The position numbers were made by a program, and so were the translations under genes. Below the pieces are notes generated by a model. The model was given only the letters and a program-made list of their open reading frames with translations, did not search any database and was not told the origin of the DNA. From Hyalangium minutum (GTDB taxonomy: Bacteria; Myxococcota; Myxococcia; Myxococcales; Myxococcaceae), in the NCBI RefSeq assembly GCF_000737315.1, contig NZ_JMCB01000003.1, positions 20,001 to 82,000 on the forward strand: a stretch of DNA of 62,000 bases, given 5' to 3'. Positions 51,219 through 59,944 of this stretch are shown one piece after another; the first letter of the stretch is position 1, and every line of letters starts with the position of its first letter.

Positions 51219-51956
51219 TCAGCTCTTGCCGGCTTCCGTCGGCTGCTGAGCACGCAAGGTCAGCTCGCGTTCCTGCTGAGCCTTCAGCTTGCGGAACTCC
51301 TTCACGACCTTGGTCGGGTAGCCGGCGATGAACTTCTTCCGGGACTCGCGCTTGGCGAGGATCTTCTTCGCCAGCCCCGGGCCCGCGTTGTACGCGACGA
51401 GCGCGTGCTCCACGTTGCCGAAGCGCTGGATGAGGTTGGCCAGGTACGCGGTGCCCAGCTCGATGTTCGTCTCCGCGTCGAACAGGTTGGTGGAGCGCCC
51501 CAGCCGGAAGCCCGCCTTGTCCGCCAGGTAGGTGCCCGTGTCCGGCATCACCTGCATCAGGCCCATGGCCCCCACGCCGGACACCGCGTAGTTGTTGAAC
51601 GAGCTCTCGCAGCGGATGAGCGCAATCACCAGCATCGGGTCGATGTCGTTGCGCTGGGCCTCGCGGACGATGGCCACCGCCACCCGCCGCTGCTGCCGGA
51701 GCGGCAGGCCCGAGGCCCTCACCGCCTCCGCCACCCCCAGGCGCATCGCCTCCTGGAAGTGGACCTCATCCTCGTACGCCTGCAGGCGGGCCTGCGCCTC
51801 CCGAAGCGCTGCCTCGCGCTCGGCCAGCTTCGCTTTCAGCTCCTCCACCTGAGGCGCCTCCACCACCGTCCTGTCGGGGACCAGCAAGGGATAGCTGGGA
51901 ATGGCCGCCCCCGTCATCACCGCCGCCGCCGCCGCCGCCACCGTCCAACGCCGCAT
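51219..51956 (-). CDS. Small SLT-family lytic transglycosylase
   Basis: IRCESSF, GAMGLMQVMP and AYNAG; signal-like N-terminus and coiled coil. Confidence 0.88.
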   Translation of the reverse strand: MRRWTVAAAAAAVMTGAAIPSYPLLVPDRTVVEAPQVEELKAKLAEREAALREAQARLQAYEDEVHFQEAMRLGVAEAVRASGLPLRQQRRVAVAIVREAQRNDIDPMLVIALIRCESSFNNYAVSGVGAMGLMQVMPDTGTYLADKAGFRLGRSTNLFDAETNIELGTAYLANLIQRFGNVEHALVAYNAGPGLAKKILAKRESRKKFIAGYPTKVVKEFRKLKAQQERELTLRAQQPTEAGKS

Positions 51957-52011
51957 GTCCTACCTCCCCCATCCACCCAAACTGCCACCGGCCACACCTG
52001 CCTTTCCGCTA

Positions 52012-52027
52012 AGCACCCGCCGTGCCA
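52012..52027 (-). promoter_or_regulatory. Sigma54 promoter of the small SLT gene
   Basis: Minus strand TGGCACG-GCGG-GTGCT (GG-N10-GC). Confidence 0.6.
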
Positions 52028-52165
52028 GCGTCCGAGTCTCAGTTCTAGATCATTAAGATCCCTAGGAAACAGAAGCGGGTGCGTGGACGAAGGTCGGGGA
52101 GTGAAGGTCGGTAGAAATGCCCGGATGGGGAAATGCTTTACCCACAACGAGGCTGTTGAAAGCTC

Positions 52166-52181
52166 TGGCACGGTGATCGCG
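52166..52181 (+). promoter_or_regulatory. Sigma54 promoter candidate of the rightward operon
   Basis: TGGCACG-GTGA-TCGCG (GG-N10-GC). Confidence 0.5.
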
Positions 52182-52254
52182 AGCCCTTGCCGGGGCAAAG
52201 GGGGCTCCCTAGCTTCGCCCACATTGACGGGTGTGTGGCCAGGAGGGCGGCGGC

Positions 52255-52410
52255 GTGTATTGGACAATGAGCATCATCCTGTTCGTGCTGTGGATGTTGG
52301 GGCTGATCACCGGCTCCACCGAGGGCTACTGGGTCTATCTCCTGTTGCTCTTCTCGATGGTGTCGCTGGTGCTGGCGGTGTCGAACCGTGGGAAGCGGTT
52401 GGTGGCATGA
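52255..52410 (+). CDS. 51-aa membrane protein, DUF5670/lmo0937-like (absent from ORF track)
   Basis: SD AGGAGG, GTG start, MYWTMSIILFVLWMLGLITGSTEGYWVYLLLLFSMVSLVLAVSNRGKRLVA; ATGA overlap with the next gene. Confidence 0.7.
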   Translation: MYWTMSIILFVLWMLGLITGSTEGYWVYLLLLFSMVSLVLAVSNRGKRLVA

Positions 52411-52964
52411 GCGCGCCGCAGGGGCTGGAGATCGAGCTGCCTCGGGATGCCTCCGGCTTCGTGCGGCGGCAGTGCCCGAGCTGCCTGCGCATCTTCAAGA
52501 CGCGCCCGAGCCGGTTCGATGCGCGGAGCCTGCAGCGCCGGCTCCTGGTGATGTTCCCCTTCGAGAATCCGCACGAGGGCTATGAGCCGGTGCCCACGTG
52601 GACGTGCTTCTACTGTGGACACCAGGCCGACGCGGACGAGTGGCTGGTCCGGGACCACGTGGCGTACCTGGAGTCGCTGGCGAGGGGGCTCGCCAACCAC
52701 GTGCGCTACGAGCAGCTCGCCCATGTGACGCGCACGCTGTCGCTGAACCCGCGGCCCACCTTCGTGGCCGTGCCGCCCGAGGCGCTGCCTCAGGGCATGC
52801 CGGACGAGCCGGAGGATCTGCGCCCCCTCTATCTGGTGTGCTGCGCGGATGATGTGAAGGCGCTCTGGGACTGGGACGGCCCGTTCTACTGCCCTCGGTG
52901 CGGCGCGCACCACGGGGGCCTGGCTGGCCGCCAGCAGGTCCACCTGGAGTTCATCCAGGAGTAG
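52407..52964 (+). CDS. Multi-CxxC zinc-ribbon protein
   Basis: CPSC, CFYC, CC and CPRC; true start MSAPQGLEI at 52407 within the track ORF 50625-52964. Confidence 0.7.
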   Translation: MSAPQGLEIELPRDASGFVRRQCPSCLRIFKTRPSRFDARSLQRRLLVMFPFENPHEGYEPVPTWTCFYCGHQADADEWLVRDHVAYLESLARGLANHVRYEQLAHVTRTLSLNPRPTFVAVPPEALPQGMPDEPEDLRPLYLVCCADDVKALWDWDGPFYCPRCGAHHGGLAGRQQVHLEFIQE

Positions 52965-53000
52965 ACGCCACCCGCTCGGCCAGAGCAGGCTGTCGGGCCC

Positions 53001-54068
53001 ATGCGGATGGCACGAGTCGCGGTGCCGCTGATCTTGCTGCTCGGAGCAGGGGCGGCCCGCGCGCACGACGCGGACATCATCTATACGCAGGTTCGGCGCA
53101 CCGATCCTGGGAGCGCCGAGGTTCGCGTGCGGCTGACGCTCACCGGGAGCACGCTGAGCCTGCTGGTGCCCACGGATGCGGAGGGTGATGGGGCGGTCTC
53201 GCAGGCGGATCTGGAGGCGCGCCGCCCGGCCCTCGAGGTAGGGATCTGGGATGCGCTGCCGCTCACCGCTGGAGGGCAGCCCTGCACGCGCCAGGCGCAC
53301 GTCGCCAAGCGGGTCGAGTCGTACGTGGAGCTGACCGCCACCTTCCAATGTCCGCCTGGCCCCCTGCGGCAGACGTACACGGTGCTCTCGGTGCTGCCGG
53401 CCAACTACCGGGTGGTGCTGGGCTCCTATGGAGGGGAGGGGGGCCAGCTCTTCGCGGACGCCGTGCGGCCCAGCCTGGACATCCCCGAGCGAGGCGGCTC
53501 GGCCCGGAGCACCTTCGCTCCGGGCTTCGTGGGCTGGGTCCAACTGGGGATGAAGCACATCTTCGAGGGCATCGACCACCTCGCCTTCCTGATCGCGCTG
53601 CTGCTGGTGGGGGGCAGCCTCAAGCGGGTGCTGGGGATGGTGACGGCCTTCACGGTGGCGCACTCGCTCACCCTGGGAGCCACGGCGCTGGGCTTCATTC
53701 TCCTGGACACGGCGCGGACGCGCTGGGTGGAGGCGGCCATTGCTGTCTCCATCATCTATGTGGCGGCGGAGAACCTGTTGTTGCGTGAACACCGCCACCG
53801 GGCGCTGCTGACGTTCCTCTTCGGACTGGTGCACGGCTTTGGCTTCGCCAGCGTGCTGAGCGCCTACGGGCTGGGGGAGCAGGTGGCGTCCGGCCTGTTC
53901 GGCTTCAACCTCGGGGTGGAGCTGGGGCAGGCGGTGATCGTCACGGCTTTGCTGCCCCTCATGCGGCTGATTCAGCGCCGGCCCAGAGTGAACCTGTGGA
54001 CGGTGCGAGCGCTCTCCTCCGTCATCCTCTGCGCGGGAGCGTGGTGGTTGTATTCGCGCATCGGTTGA
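53001..54068 (+). CDS. HupE/UreJ family membrane protein
   Basis: Signal peptide AHD; HIFEGIDHLAF, AFTVAHSLTL, GLVHGFGFA and FNLGVELGQ. Confidence 0.85.
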   Translation: MRMARVAVPLILLLGAGAARAHDADIIYTQVRRTDPGSAEVRVRLTLTGSTLSLLVPTDAEGDGAVSQADLEARRPALEVGIWDALPLTAGGQPCTRQAHVAKRVESYVELTATFQCPPGPLRQTYTVLSVLPANYRVVLGSYGGEGGQLFADAVRPSLDIPERGGSARSTFAPGFVGWVQLGMKHIFEGIDHLAFLIALLLVGGSLKRVLGMVTAFTVAHSLTLGATALGFILLDTARTRWVEAAIAVSIIYVAAENLLLREHRHRALLTFLFGLVHGFGFASVLSAYGLGEQVASGLFGFNLGVELGQAVIVTALLPLMRLIQRRPRVNLWTVRALSSVILCAGAWWLYSRIG

Positions 54069-54130
54069 AGTCTCGCGACCCCATCCCTAACTTGCCGCGG
54101 AAGGTCACGGTAGGGAGAAGGGGGACGCAG

Positions 54131-54601
54131 ATGGGAGCGAGGCATACTCGCTTGGCGGCGGCGCTCGCCGCTGCTTGGGAAGCCGAAGTGGTCTCGGCGC
54201 GCCGCATGACGGCTCTGGCCGAGCGCGTCGGAGATCCGCGAGCACGGGCGCGCTTGATGGTGCTGGCCGCCTTCTGCCGGGCCCATGCGTCCCGATTGCT
54301 GGCCCGCCTGGCGGCGCTCGGCCGAGGCCCTCTGCCCGTGCCCTCCGAGGACATCGACGTCAGCGCGGACCTGGCCCTGGAGCTGCGGAGGGAGGGAGCG
54401 TTCGCCCGCACTGCCGCCTCGCGTTATGAGTCCACGGCGGAGATGGCGCGCCAGCACGCGGATCTGTCGTCCGCGTGGGTCTGCGAGCTCAACCGTACGG
54501 AAGAGCAGGATCGGTCCCGGGAGCTGCTCTCCCTGGCCGAGGGCGTGCTGCCTCCGGTGGGGCTCGAGGACTCGGCGGCTGCGGCTCCGGCCGATTCCTA
54601 G
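54131..54601 (+). CDS. Ferritin-like helical bundle protein (putative)
   Basis: ATG at 54131; paired helical pattern with HASRL and EEQDR segments. Confidence 0.5.
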   Translation: MGARHTRLAAALAAAWEAEVVSARRMTALAERVGDPRARARLMVLAAFCRAHASRLLARLAALGRGPLPVPSEDIDVSADLALELRREGAFARTAASRYESTAEMARQHADLSSAWVCELNRTEEQDRSRELLSLAEGVLPPVGLEDSAAAAPADS

Positions 54602-54651
54602 GCCGCCCGGGGCGCACTCCTGCTGACAGCCGCTGGGGCTTGGGCGTATGA

Positions 54652-55434
54652 ATGCGTCCCATGGCGAAGGCGGAGAGCTACAACGATCTCATCTTCCAGC
54701 TCGGCGATCTGGCGCGGGACCGTCTGCCCGGTAAGCCGAACTGCCCGCGGACCATGGACCGCGTCTACCGCGCCGAGGAGGGGCTGGTGGCGCGGCGCGA
54801 TGAGCTGGGGGCGCTCGAGCAGGAGATGAACGAAGAGGATGCGTCCTGGCAGGACTTCCAGGCGCAGCAGGCTCAGGAGAAGGCAGGGCTCCAGGTCACC
54901 ATCAAGAAGTTCAAGAAGGCCGTGGACGCCATCGAGGGCAAGGTGCGCGAGATGCGCAAGGCGCTCTCCTCCAAGAAGGCCGAGCTGCGCTACGGCTTGG
55001 ACGGCCTGAAGAAGCTCGAGGCGAAGATCCACGACATGGAGATGACGCGCAAAGACCCCCTCGAGGTGGCGACCGCGCGCGAGAACCTGAAGAAGAACCG
55101 GCTGAAGATGATGCGCATGCAGCGCGACATCGAACAGATTCAGGACGATCTGGATCAGGCGCTCACGCCGGTTCCGGGCCAGCCTGGGGCGCCGGGCATC
55201 CTGGCGCACAAGCGCATGCTCGAGATCCAGGACGAGGCGGAGGAGCGCAAGGACGCCTTCGAGCAGCGGATGGCGGAGCTGGACGAGGCCATCGGCCAGA
55301 AGGAGCAGGAGATCCAGGCGGCGGAAGACTATTTGGATCAGGCGTTGTTCCTGCTCGGCGAAGACGTCTATAAGCAGCGGATCGCCGATGCCCAGCTGGC
55401 GCCGTTCTACCCGAGACTCGATCGCGCCCAGTGA
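54652..55434 (+). CDS. Coiled-coil hypothetical protein
   Basis: Lys/Glu-rich heptads and strong codon bias. Confidence 0.7.
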   Translation: MRPMAKAESYNDLIFQLGDLARDRLPGKPNCPRTMDRVYRAEEGLVARRDELGALEQEMNEEDASWQDFQAQQAQEKAGLQVTIKKFKKAVDAIEGKVREMRKALSSKKAELRYGLDGLKKLEAKIHDMEMTRKDPLEVATARENLKKNRLKMMRMQRDIEQIQDDLDQALTPVPGQPGAPGILAHKRMLEIQDEAEERKDAFEQRMAELDEAIGQKEQEIQAAEDYLDQALFLLGEDVYKQRIADAQLAPFYPRLDRAQ

Positions 55435-55567
55435 GGGCGGATCCGCTATCGGTGCTTGACGGCAGGGGTGCGTCTGCTAGATTGCGCCGCTTCCTGCAGC
55501 CCGGAAGGGCTAGGCAGCGGATTTCATTGAGTTTTTCTGCGCCACGCGCGCTCGCAGTGAGGATGAC

Positions 55568-56236
55568 TTGAAGGGTCTCATTGGCAAGAAGATCGGAATG
55601 ACCCAGGTGTTCAACGACGAGGGCAACCTCGTGCCGGTCACCGTGATCGACGTGAACACCTGCCAGGTGGTGGGTAAGCGGACGCCCGAGAAGGATCAGT
55701 ACTCGGCCGTGACTCTGGGCTACGGGGAGATCCGCGAGAAGGTCCTGACGCAGGCGCAGAAGGGCTTCTTCAAGAAGAACAACGCGACTGCGCGCCGGCA
55801 CCTGAAGGAGTTCCGGGTGACGACGGAGGAGGCCGCGAAGTTCAACGTGGGCGACGCGGTGAAGGCGGACCTGTTCACCAAGGGCCAGTTGGTGGACGTC
55901 ACCGGCACCACGAAGGGCCGTGGCTTCCAGGGCGTCATGCGCCGGTGGAGCTTCAAGGGCTCGCAGACGAAGACGCACGGTACGCACGAGTATCAGCGTC
56001 ACCCGGGCGCCATCGGTCAGCGTAAGACGCCGGGCCGTACCTACCCGAACAAGAAGATGCCGGGTCACTACGGCGTGGAGCAGGTGACCACGCAGAACCT
56101 GACGATCGTCGACGTGGACACGGAGAAGGGCCTGCTGCTGATCAAGGGCGCCGTCCCCGGCCACAACGAGGCGATTGTCTACGTGAAGCCGGCCATCAAG
56201 CTGGCGATGCGCGAGCAGCACAAGGCCGCCCGCTAG
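55568..56236 (+). CDS. rplC: 50S ribosomal protein L3
   Basis: KGLIGKKIGMTQ, VPVTVI, KGRGFQGVMRRW and GQRKTPG; TTG start with SD GAGG. Confidence 0.95.
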   Translation: MKGLIGKKIGMTQVFNDEGNLVPVTVIDVNTCQVVGKRTPEKDQYSAVTLGYGEIREKVLTQAQKGFFKKNNATARRHLKEFRVTTEEAAKFNVGDAVKADLFTKGQLVDVTGTTKGRGFQGVMRRWSFKGSQTKTHGTHEYQRHPGAIGQRKTPGRTYPNKKMPGHYGVEQVTTQNLTIVDVDTEKGLLLIKGAVPGHNEAIVYVKPAIKLAMREQHKAAR

Positions 56237-56261
56237 TTTCTCGCGGCGGAGCTTGAGACTG

Positions 56262-56310
56262 ACGCCCCGTACTGGAGCCCTCGAGGGTTCCGGGCGGGGC
56301 GTTCGTTTTT
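56262..56310 (+). terminator. Intrinsic terminator after rplC
   Basis: ACGCCCCG...CGGGGCGT stem followed by TCGTTTTT. Confidence 0.75.
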
Positions 56311-56324
56311 GTAGGGAGGGAGCT

Positions 56325-56873
56325 TCAGGGCTCCATGGCTTCAGGTGGGAGGAGGCCAGTGCTCCCGGCCGCTTGGCGTGCGTCGGAGACGGCTCCCATG
56401 ATGCGCCCCGACTGGGGGAAGAGCTGCTCTGCCCTCGCGCTGAGTTCCAGCGCTTGAGGGAGTTGCTTCTCCATCTCCAAGTGACGGATGAGCCCAGCCC
56501 AGGCGTCCTCAAGGCTCGAAAGTGCCTTGGCGGCGCCCTCTTCCAGGAGTTTGCGCGCCTGGGCGGGTTCATGGCGGTGCGTGTCCAGGAAGTAGCCGAG
56601 CTCAATGAGTGCGTCGGCACTCCGATCCGAGGCTTGAACGGCTCGCTCCAGCAGCCGGTGGACCTCGGTGAGCATGGCTTCAGCCTCCGTGCCCGGCTCA
56701 TCAACGAGCCGTAGCAAGCGCGCAAGGCGAAGGAGGTTGGGCGTGAACGCGGGGCATGCCTCGGCGAGCTCCCGGTAGGACCTCAGCTGATCAAGACCAC
56801 TATGCGAAGCATCCCCTGCGGCGTTGGCGGCCTGGAACTTCGCGAGCAACTCTTCGAGGGGAAGGTGGGCCAT
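56325..56873 (-). CDS. TPR-like protein (putative immunity partner)
   Basis: Helical repeats; ADALIELGYFLD; follows the lipoprotein gene by 5 nt. Confidence 0.6.
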   Translation of the reverse strand: MAHLPLEELLAKFQAANAAGDASHSGLDQLRSYRELAEACPAFTPNLLRLARLLRLVDEPGTEAEAMLTEVHRLLERAVQASDRSADALIELGYFLDTHRHEPAQARKLLEEGAAKALSSLEDAWAGLIRHLEMEKQLPQALELSARAEQLFPQSGRIMGAVSDARQAAGSTGLLPPEAMEP

Positions 56874-56878
56874 GGCGC

Positions 56879-57325
56879 TTACTTCTCCATCAGACGGGAT
56901 TGTTCCTCGATGAGCTTCCGTGCCGTCTGCAGCTGAGCTTGGGTGGCGAGGCTGAAGTCGTTCTTGTCCAGCATGGTCTTGATCTCGAACAGGGTGAAGT
57001 CCTTCAACTGGGAGGGGAAGTCCTTGACCCGCCGGAGTCGCGCGGGGCTCTCGCCCAACTTCGTGGAGAGCACGGAGATGCGCTGGAGCATTCGCGCAGC
57101 CACCTCCTTGCCGATGAGCCCAGAGGCTGAGCCTTCAGCGATCAAAGCCTGAGCCTCGGTGAATTGTCCCTTGGCAATCAGTGCCCAGATGCGCGCACTC
57201 GCTGAGCCGCCCTTAAGCCGGATACCTTCCTCTGGCTCAGCTTCTGGGAGGACGTGGCTGTCCACGTGACTGCACCCATGGAGGCAGAACACGATCAAAC
57301 CGATGATCAGCATGTGACAGCGCAT
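56879..57325 (-). CDS. Small lipoprotein (putative toxin)
   Basis: Lipobox CLHGC; helical C-terminal domain; atypical codon usage. Confidence 0.55.
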   Translation of the reverse strand: MRCHMLIIGLIVFCLHGCSHVDSHVLPEAEPEEGIRLKGGSASARIWALIAKGQFTEAQALIAEGSASGLIGKEVAARMLQRISVLSTKLGESPARLRRVKDFPSQLKDFTLFEIKTMLDKNDFSLATQAQLQTARKLIEEQSRLMEK

Positions 57326-57607
57326 GACGCCCCCCTTTGCTGACTCCTCGATTCTACCTGCTGTGGCTGCCCGCAGACTGGACTCGTCAGCCTGGCCTTC
57401 CGTAGGAGCCCATTCGTCACAAGGGCTGCGGCCGCTCCACCCCCGAAGAGGAGCACTCCGGTCCCAAGCCCGAGGGCAAAGGCGGCACCGGTCAGCCCGC
57501 CGCCTTCCCGCCGCGCAACTGATCCTGATCCACGCGGCACCCGCGGTTCACGGGGTAGGTGGGTGTAGGCTCTGACGCCTTCCGCCTGGGTTCTCCACGA
57601 GTCCCGG

Positions 57608-57654
57608 CGCCCCGTCCTGGAGCCAACACTGGCCCGGGCGGGGCGTTCGTTTTT
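57608..57654 (+). repeat. Second copy of the rplC terminator-like hairpin
   Basis: CGCCCCGTCCTGGAGCC...CCGGGCGGGGCGTTCGTTTTT is nearly identical to 56262-56310 except in the inner stem-loop. Confidence 0.7.
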
Positions 57655-57896
57655 CCAGCCGGATTCTTACTCCCTGGGGCGGATTGGGCGCTGAAACGTC
57701 GGCCATCGTGCGCTCCTGCTGATGGCCGTGAAAAAAGTGCACGGTCCGGGGTACAGCGCACCTTGCCCCTTGGGCATCGGATGTGCACTTGGATGCGCCA
57801 ACGCGGAGCCAAGCGTCGCTGGGACGCTCGGTCTCCTTGGGAGTGCTGATCCTCAGCTTCATCGCGGCTCGCCCCACGGGCCGCACCCGAGTCTCT

Positions 57897-58718
57897 ATGT
57901 TGACCGTCCGTTCACTACGCGTGCTCGCCTCGATGATCCTGGCCCTGACGGCCCTGAGCGCCGCCGGGCAGCAGGAGCAGACCCTGGAGGGCGTGGTCGT
58001 CCGCAACCGACTCTATCGGCCCGCGGGCAACCTCGAGTTCTCCCCGAGTGTGGGCGTCTCCATGCTCACCTATCTCACGGCCCACTACACAGTGGACCTC
58101 GGGGTGGCCTACAACCTCTTCGACACCTTCGCCGTGGAAGGCCGCGCAGGCTACGCGTTCAGCCGGCAGACGGGCCTGGCCCGCTCCATCTCTGAGAGCT
58201 TCCTCAACCGCGACGACAAGAAGATCACCGACGAGCTCGAGGATCTCTGGCGGATGAACTTCCACGCCGTCGGCGGCCTGCGCTGGGCGCCCGTGTACGG
58301 GAAGCTCTCGCTCATGGCCGAGGTGCCCACCCACTTCCAGGCCTACCTCTGGGCCGGCGGCGGGGTGGCCTCGTTCAAGCGCCAGTCCCTGATCCAGTGC
58401 TCCCAGGTGGTGAACCGCGAGTTCGGCGTCTGCGACAACCGCTCGGATCCGCTGGATCGCTCCTCCGCTACCGAGAACTTCTGGGTGAAGGAGACGCGCG
58501 TGTCCCCCGTGGTAAGCGCCGCCGTGGGTCTGCGCTTCTTCGCCTTCGAGCGGCACGGCGTGAAGTTCGAGCTCCGGGACTGGGTGTTCCGCGACGCCTA
58601 CCGCGTGGCGCTGAACCGGGATGACTGGGAGGCGGGCCAGGAAACGGGAACGGTCGCGCCCAGCCCGGGCCTCACGCACCTCGTTCAATTCGACATTGGC
58701 TACACCTTCATCTTCTAG
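57897..58718 (+). CDS. nfsA: Outer-membrane beta-barrel protein, NfsA/GltA-like
   Basis: Signal peptide; VVRNRLYRPAG; C-terminal GYTFIF; first of two barrel genes before TPR genes. Confidence 0.65.
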   Translation: MLTVRSLRVLASMILALTALSAAGQQEQTLEGVVVRNRLYRPAGNLEFSPSVGVSMLTYLTAHYTVDLGVAYNLFDTFAVEGRAGYAFSRQTGLARSISESFLNRDDKKITDELEDLWRMNFHAVGGLRWAPVYGKLSLMAEVPTHFQAYLWAGGGVASFKRQSLIQCSQVVNREFGVCDNRSDPLDRSSATENFWVKETRVSPVVSAAVGLRFFAFERHGVKFELRDWVFRDAYRVALNRDDWEAGQETGTVAPSPGLTHLVQFDIGYTFIF

Positions 58719-58723
58719 ACACC

Positions 58724-59944
58724 ATGCGAACGATCCTGTCCTTCGCGGTTCTTCTGTCGACGGTCGCTGGGGCTGATCCGGCCCTCGCTCAGGCCGCACC
58801 CACGGTGCCCGCTCCGGGCGCCGAGTCTTCCATCCCTCCCGACATGGCCCCCGTGGCGGCGCCTCAGTCGGCTCAGCACGAGATGGGCTCTTCCGTGCCG
58901 GACGAGCAGCCCGTGGCCACGCCGCGTGCGCGTCCTCAGCGTGTAGGGGAGGACGCTGCCGAGGAGACTCCCGCTTCCGAGGAGGCTCCGGCTCCAGCCG
59001 AGGCTGCTGCCCCTGCTGCGAACCCGCCTGCCGCGGATGCGCCCCTGGCAGTGGCGGACGTGGACACCGAGCTGCGCACCACGACGCCCGAGCAGCAGCG
59101 GCTGGTGCACGGCGCGCCGCTCTACAACCCGAACGTCTCCGTCCACATCGTCCAGAAGAAGCGCTTCGCGGACGAGGGCAAGCACGAGTTCGCGCTCTAC
59201 CCGCTGGCGGTCCAGGTGAACGGCAAGTTCACCAACCACGCGGGCAGCGCGCTCCACTACACGTACCACGTGCAGGAGAACTTCGCGCTCCAGGTCTCCG
59301 GCATCTACAACTGGCACTCCAACGAGAGCCGCTTCAACCTGGAGCTGATCGACAAGGTCCGCGAGCAGGCCCAGGCGGCCTCCTCGCTGCTGCTCCAGTG
59401 GGGCGCTCAGGCCGGCGTCGAGGTGACGCCGCTGTACGGCAAGTTCGCCTTCTATGACGACCAGCTCGCTCAGTTCAGCCTGATCATCAACGGCGGTGCG
59501 GGCTTCGGCGGCACGCGGCACCTGATCCGCCCGGAGGTCGCCAACCAGGTGGAGGGACAGACCTTCACCGTCCCCGCGCGCTTCGGAGACGCGGGCACCC
59601 GGTTCGTCGGCTCCGTGGGCGGCGGCTTCCGCGTCCAGTTCGGTGACTCCTATGCGGTGCGGCTCGAGGTGAGGGATCTCGTCTACACCGCCCGCGTCGA
59701 TCGCGTGGACGGCTGCAACCTCTCCGACTTCGAGAAGCTCGAGGCAGCGCGCTCGGCCAACCAGCCCTTCGCCAACCTGGACCTCAGCGGCGGCTGCAAG
59801 TTCCAGAAGTTCGACGGCGTGGACCCGGACACGAAGAAGAACTACCGCGAGGACATCATCCTCGGGAGGGATCTGGTGGCTGAGCCCTCCTCGGACGTCC
59901 TCAACAACGTGAGCTTCTACGCCGGCTTCTCGATCCTCTTCTGA
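58724..59944 (+). CDS. nfsB: Outer-membrane beta-barrel protein, NfsB/GltB-like
   Basis: VHIVQKKRF, QVNGKFTNH; C-terminal FYAGFSILF. Confidence 0.65.
   Translation: MRTILSFAVLLSTVAGADPALAQAAPTVPAPGAESSIPPDMAPVAAPQSAQHEMGSSVPDEQPVATPRARPQRVGEDAAEETPASEEAPAPAEAAAPAANPPAADAPLAVADVDTELRTTTPEQQRLVHGAPLYNPNVSVHIVQKKRFADEGKHEFALYPLAVQVNGKFTNHAGSALHYTYHVQENFALQVSGIYNWHSNESRFNLELIDKVREQAQAASSLLLQWGAQAGVEVTPLYGKFAFYDDQLAQFSLIINGGAGFGGTRHLIRPEVANQVEGQTFTVPARFGDAGTRFVGSVGGGFRVQFGDSYAVRLEVRDLVYTARVDRVDGCNLSDFEKLEAARSANQPFANLDLSGGCKFQKFDGVDPDTKKNYREDIILGRDLVAEPSSDVLNNVSFYAGFSILF

Noticed and set aside
51921-51940. (GCC)n microsatellite in the small SLT gene
   Set aside because: Encodes poly-Ala in the signal region; in-frame and ordinary
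50625-52964. 779-aa plus-strand ORF
   Set aside because: Only the last 185 codons (from 52407) look like a real gene; the rest is antisense to the STAS and SLT genes
57324-57575. 83-aa plus-strand ORF and neighbouring small ORFs
   Set aside because: No motif, SD or codon bias support; likely intergenic
57735-57790. AAGTGCAC / GTGCACTT inverted repeat upstream of the nfsA-like gene
   Set aside because: Only 8 bp, built on a palindromic hexamer with a 40-nt spacer; could be chance
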